Source of the DNA: Epiperipatus broadwayi
Lineage: Eukaryota > Animalia > Onychophora
Direction of reading: 5' to 3'
Assembly (NCBI GenBank): GCA_028023455.1
Contig: JAQFVV010000001.1
Span: 35,154,001-35,218,000 of the forward strand
Length of the DNA stretch: 64,000 nucleotides
The position numbers and the translations under genes are program-made. The notes beneath the pieces were generated by a model that saw only the letters and a program-made list of their open reading frames with translations, was not told where the DNA came from and made no database searches. Positions 58,950-64,000 of this stretch are shown here, one piece after another (position 1 is the first letter of the stretch; every line of letters begins with the position of its first letter).

Positions 58950-59900
58950 TTCCTTTATCATTGTATTTTTCAATGACTATTTCATTCCTGTAATTCTGCA
59001 TTTTATCCAAACTATTTTCTAATGCTATATATTATATTATCACTAATATTTATTTTAATTTATCTGTTTTTATAAATTTCATTACTATCTTTTTACACTT
59101 TTTTTGTTACCTAGCTTTATTGCTTTATGCTTTAATTTATTTTTAAACTTTCTTTACAAAGTTTTATCTAAATCAATATTTATAATTTTTTCCATTTATT
59201 TTAAAAAAATATAATCTCACTGATAATCTAAAGTCCACTATCCTCTTATAAATTCCATGATCTACTATCATCTTCTTTTAAATTTTGTTTGAATAATTTC
59301 TACCGTTGTTTTGATTAATTCTATTATTTAATGTTTAGTAATAAATATACTTATTTCTAATTGAAATAATTTTTAAAAAAATATCATTTTTTAATTTTTC
59401 AATTGCGCAGTTTATTTATATGCATTAATTCTTTTTTTTTTTTTTACACAAATTTATTAATTCTTTAAACTGCTTATTTTTTCCACATAATCCATAACAT
59501 TATATATACAACTTTATACTCTTTTTTATTTTTTTTAACACAATCACTCTACTATTCTATGGTTTTCTACAATTATTTCATAATTATTTTCAATTAATTT
59601 TTCAAGTCCTTTATATATAACATTATTTTAAACATTATTATGATCCACAATTGACATGTATATTTTAAAAACTCACCAAATCTTTAGGAACTAATTTTCC
59701 ATACCAAGAGTTTATCTATTATAGAAATATTACTTATAAAAATATCTTTTATTTTTGGACCTAAAGTAATACCTACAACATCTCTTATTTAGTCAAGGAT
59801 TAATAATGTTTACGCCATTTTAATTTTCTCTTCACACGTCATCTTCTTCTCCTCATATAATATATAACATTTAACTTTTTATCTTAATAAATTTATCAAA
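58950..59900 (-). mobile_element. Possible very old RTE-like endonuclease remnant
   Basis: Only faint motifs (KGLEKLIE.., FY..); essentially at the limit of recognition. Confidence 0.25.
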
Positions 59901-62344
59901 TTTTCTAACTAATTAATATTCCTAAAATTCTGCTATATATATTTAATTTTAGTGGTTATGCAAAAGTGACTGAATTGATGTGCTAGTCCTAAAAAAATAA
60001 CATTTCTGTTGAAAATTGTTTTTATTTGCTTTCTCAAAATCTCACCTATACTTTTGAAATCTCTTCTGTGATATGCTGGAGACATTGTAACTTTTAATTC
60101 AGTTTTTTGCTTCCATATTTAATATATTCTTAATGCATATATTTCACTATTCAAATATACTTTATATACTTTTTAAAGATTTAATTGTTTAATTAAAATC
60201 AAAATTTAAACACTAAGGCAATAAATTAGTAGAAATTAAAAAAAAATGTTTTGAGCCTATGTATTGACCTTCTTTGCTTAAAATAAATGGGTTAAGTAAG
60301 CATTTGGTTACTATGTCCATGAGATAACACAGTACATTGAAGCAATGCAATTTTAGAGCTACTTAATTTTATTTATTTCTTGAGCTTAATTTTTTTAAAA
60401 TAAATTATCTAATTAAAACACAAACAACTTGCAATATTTAGTTCTAAGAAATAATTGTATAGAAATAAAATATGGCAAAAATAGCTCTATGTTTAAAATG
60501 CTTGAATAAATTATTTTAAAAAAATAACAAACACTGGCAACAATTACTATGATGATGAATTATCACCACTTGATTATCTCTCATTACCTTCAAACTGATT
60601 TCAAATATAGAACTTAACACATATTTTTTCACTATAATATTTACATTGTTTTAGCCACAAGGGAGATCTAAAATAATTCTAAAACATATTATTGCAAAGA
60701 ATTTATTAAATTTTACACTATACAATAAATTTTATTATAGAGACAGAAATAATAACAAACCACCATTACTATGTCAAGTGAAGCATTCTATAATCTATTA
60801 TATCAATCTGCTTTCACGCAAAGAACTTAATGTTCATACATATTATATGCAAAGTTATTTCTAAAAGTTTTTTTTATAAAATCAGTAGTCATAATGAATG
60901 TTCCCTCTAAGAGTAGACTGTCTCTGAGCTAAAAATACAAAAGCTGTGCATATTAAATCGACCAATGTGTTGCAAAAATATCAAAATGTAGCAGTTATTT
61001 CTACATTTATGTATAAAATAGTTTATGTATAATGTAATATTATATAACATAAATTAAAAATAATAAAACTCAATAATAGTAATTAGCTATTATTTTTTCA
61101 CATCTTTATGATTTATTCAAATTTTATAAACTTTGTTTAGGTCTGCTTTTATAACAAGATATAATGCTTATTTTTTATTAAATTATCGAAATATTCATTA
61201 TGTAGTTTATTACAGAATTTTTATTTTATGATTTTCATTAAACTAAAGCCACATTCTCAAGCAGCTTTGAAAACTTGAAAAGTTGCGCAAATATCAAGTA
61301 ACACAGAAAGTTCTTTATATTCTTGGCCTTCTACGACATATGTGGCTAAATTATTAAATGTTTTGATTACTTTAATTTTAAAATTTTCATTTACTAAAAG
61401 TTTCAAATATATTGTTCTAAAATTGTATCTAAACTTATATGGTTTCTATGATTATTATTTTAGATTCATATTTTAGACCATCTTTTCCATGCATTATATT
61501 TAAATTATTTTTCATTACAATAGGATCTAAGACATTCCAGTCATTTATATAAATCTAATATCTAAATGGTTACAAAGTAGTTAATAAATTAAGTATTGGC
61601 AAAGTATCTATATAATCAAAATTGTTTGGAAGATTATAACTTAGCATATGTTAACTTGTTGCTGCTCTCTTAGTTTATTAATATTTGCCATTGCAAATTG
61701 ATGTGCCTCCATTGATCTTCCAGTTAAATTTCTCCATTGATTTTATTTCAGAGAACAATAACTGAATCAGCATGAACTTTTTAACTTAAATGTCACTTCA
61801 AATAGTTTACTTTTCATATTGCCTATATTTTTCCAATAGTAAATTTACTATTAGAATTTGATTCAAAGCAAATTTTGCAAATGACATTATCTGTATTGCT
61901 TTGCTCAATTAAAACATTATCACGTTTAATACAGTTTAATAATTAAAAATATCTCCAAGTTTAATATAGTAATTATAATTTTTGATGATGATCGCAGTTT
62001 AATTGAAATTTGTTTTTCTTATTTTTAGATTGAGTCAACAAAGATAAAATTGACTTGCTGAACATTTCGATATTTGTAAGATCTAAAATAAAATATTTAT
62101 ATATTGGATGATTTTTTAAAAAAAATTAAAATACTGTAATAAAAAAAGAATCATATTCAAAGCGCAATCCCAATTATGTCAAACATTCTACCACACCAAT
62201 GGTGAGCAAGTGTTCGGTCATCACTATTATATACAGCCAAATTGTAATAGTATTGGAATCTATTTTTAGTTGTTTCAGGCAGGACCTTCTGGTATCCCTT
62301 TATATTTATCCAAAACTAAGATGAATCATCAATTAAATCAGCTC

Positions 62345-63570
62345 GTTACAAAAAAATAGAAGAAAGAATTAATAGTTTTTCATCATTCAAACTCTATGAA
62401 GTGACTAGAACTAAGATATTCAATGCAATAGCAGTAGGGGTCCTTGGCTATTATTGGCCATGGTTAAAACTTTACAACAAAACCATTCTAAAAATTATAC
62501 AGATGGTGAAAAAATTTATATGGGGAAAGAAATCTAGCCTCCTCTCTACTTCAGTATTACAGCTACTAATAGATAAAGGTGGGCTTAATCTAATTGATCC
62601 AAAGGCCTATGTTAAGTTTATTACTGCCAAAGCTTATTTGAATGCAGTGAAGGATCAGTCCTTTAGTCCCCTTAGTGGTGAAATAAGAATTTATAATGAA
62701 ATGGGGGCTGAGAGAAGATTGTATTTTGTCACCATGTTTATAGCATACAAAGACTTACAGGATAAACTTAATGTGCAAAGCCTTGATGGCATAAAATATA
62801 ATGATATAACAAAAAGAGTTTACCACAATAAAAATTTTGGGTTAGGGTATTTAATGAAAAATGTTCTAAAAAAATTTCAATGGATATATACACCACAGAC
62901 ATCCATGAAATTCATTTTTAAGTTGATAAATAGAATTTTGCCTATTACTTCTTATATTAATAAAAGGCTGGGAATGGGTTTAGATGAAGCATGCACTTTT
63001 TGTAAAAAAAACAGTGAAACATTCCTGCACTTGCTAGAGGAATGCTGTGCATTTTGGGAATTGAGATTGAAGCTCTTTCACATGCCAATAATAAATCTCA
63101 AATATCTGTTAAAAAAATATGTGATATGTTTCGATCCACATAATGCAATGGTAATTATTCATACTTTGAAAACTATGTGGGCAATAAGATGCACATTAGT
63201 ATTTGATAATAAAAAAAATTTAATTGGCTGAGAAAGCTAATAGAGATTGGGATGATTACTTTAACATGTGCTTAAAATATTGACCCCAAAATACTATAGA
63301 ATGGGTATGGGGAGAAACTGCTCCATCTGCATGTGAAATTTGGAAGTAAATCATCTTTTGCAGTCTATGAATCAATGGGTAAAGGAAAGAAAGACAATAT
63401 AAAAATCAGTGTTTAAGTTAATACTCAGGAAGTATCAGGTAAAGAGAACAATGCTTTGAATATTATGAAACTTTGAAGAAATTATGTAAATTGAATTATA
63501 CATATCTCTTGTAACTATGTAAATATCCTTTGTGTGCTTTTAATAAAGAATATTACTTAAAATAAAAAAT
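62345..63570 (+). mobile_element. 5'-truncated L1/Tx1-like LINE (copy W, more canonical subfamily)
   Basis: Open ORF2 C-terminus; 3' UTR with AATAAA and an A-rich end near 63541-63570; not flanked by a microsatellite. Confidence 0.75.
62401..63231 (+). CDS. ORF2 C-terminal region with CxxC..HLLEEC zinc finger (no native start)
   Basis: KKFIWG, DKGGLNLID, FIFKLINRILP, CTFCKKNSETFLHLLEEC, MWAIRC. Confidence 0.8.
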   Translation: MTRTKIFNAIAVGVLGYYWPWLKLYNKTILKIIQMVKKFIWGKKSSLLSTSVLQLLIDKGGLNLIDPKAYVKFITAKAYLNAVKDQSFSPLSGEIRIYNEMGAERRLYFVTMFIAYKDLQDKLNVQSLDGIKYNDITKRVYHNKNFGLGYLMKNVLKKFQWIYTPQTSMKFIFKLINRILPITSYINKRLGMGLDEACTFCKKNSETFLHLLEECCAFWELRLKLFHMPIINLKYLLKKYVICFDPHNAMVIIHTLKTMWAIRCTLVFDNKKNLIG

Positions 63571-64000
63571 ATTATTAAACGGAAATCTCCATAATCTTAT
63601 CCCTGTTCCCACTGCCTATACAGATCATTTTTATTTATTAATTCTTATCAAAATTATTACTTTGAATTTAACTTTATGTGTTTAGACATAAAATCAAATG
63701 AATGAATACTTCAAATATTAGAATCTTTGGAGTGTACAGAAGCTGCTGAGCAATGCACAAATTTTCAAAATTGCTGCACAATTGTGATCTGCATAGAGTA
63801 GAAGGAACATTGGTCATAATATTGAACATAAAAGTTTAGATATCAATTTATCTGACTTGGACTTTAGCTTATTAGAAAAATAGATTTTTTTAGACTGAAG
63901 AAATCTGGATTTGTAAAATTTAATAGCCACATGATCTCTAAAGTCATTAAAATTATGTTGAATTCCACTTGGCCAAAACCTAGTCTAGTTTAGTGTGATT

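Noticed and set aside
62029-62080. ag..gtaag-bounded micro-exon
   Set aside because: Stops in all frames; such signals are frequent by chance in AT-rich DNA.

Overview
AT-rich, CpG-poor eukaryotic DNA, probably metazoan intronic or intergenic; the species cannot be identified from sequence alone. I see no intact host gene, rRNA, true tRNA gene or CRISPR array, and most long ORFs in the track are microsatellite read-throughs. The window is mainly a graveyard of mobile elements: (1) five members of a divergent L1/Tx1-like LINE group, three of which sit inside TAA-type trinucleotide microsatellites and share terminal motifs and an unusual RT signature (YMDD; LDIxxAFD; QSIxQxxxLS); (2) three CR1/L2-like 3' fragments chained with those LINEs through shared microsatellites at 25.2-37.8 kb; (3) decayed RTE LINEs, a piggyBac remnant, two probable hAT remnants, a pogo/Tigger-like non-autonomous transposon and tRNA-derived SINE heads; (4) at least three families of Penelope-like (PLE) terminal-repeat elements carrying minimal type I hammerhead ribozymes with different palindromic stem III sequences, mostly in fold-back arrangements. 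All family calls come from motif recognition by eye; no database search or folding was run, and boundaries of decayed elements are approximate (about +/-50 nt).
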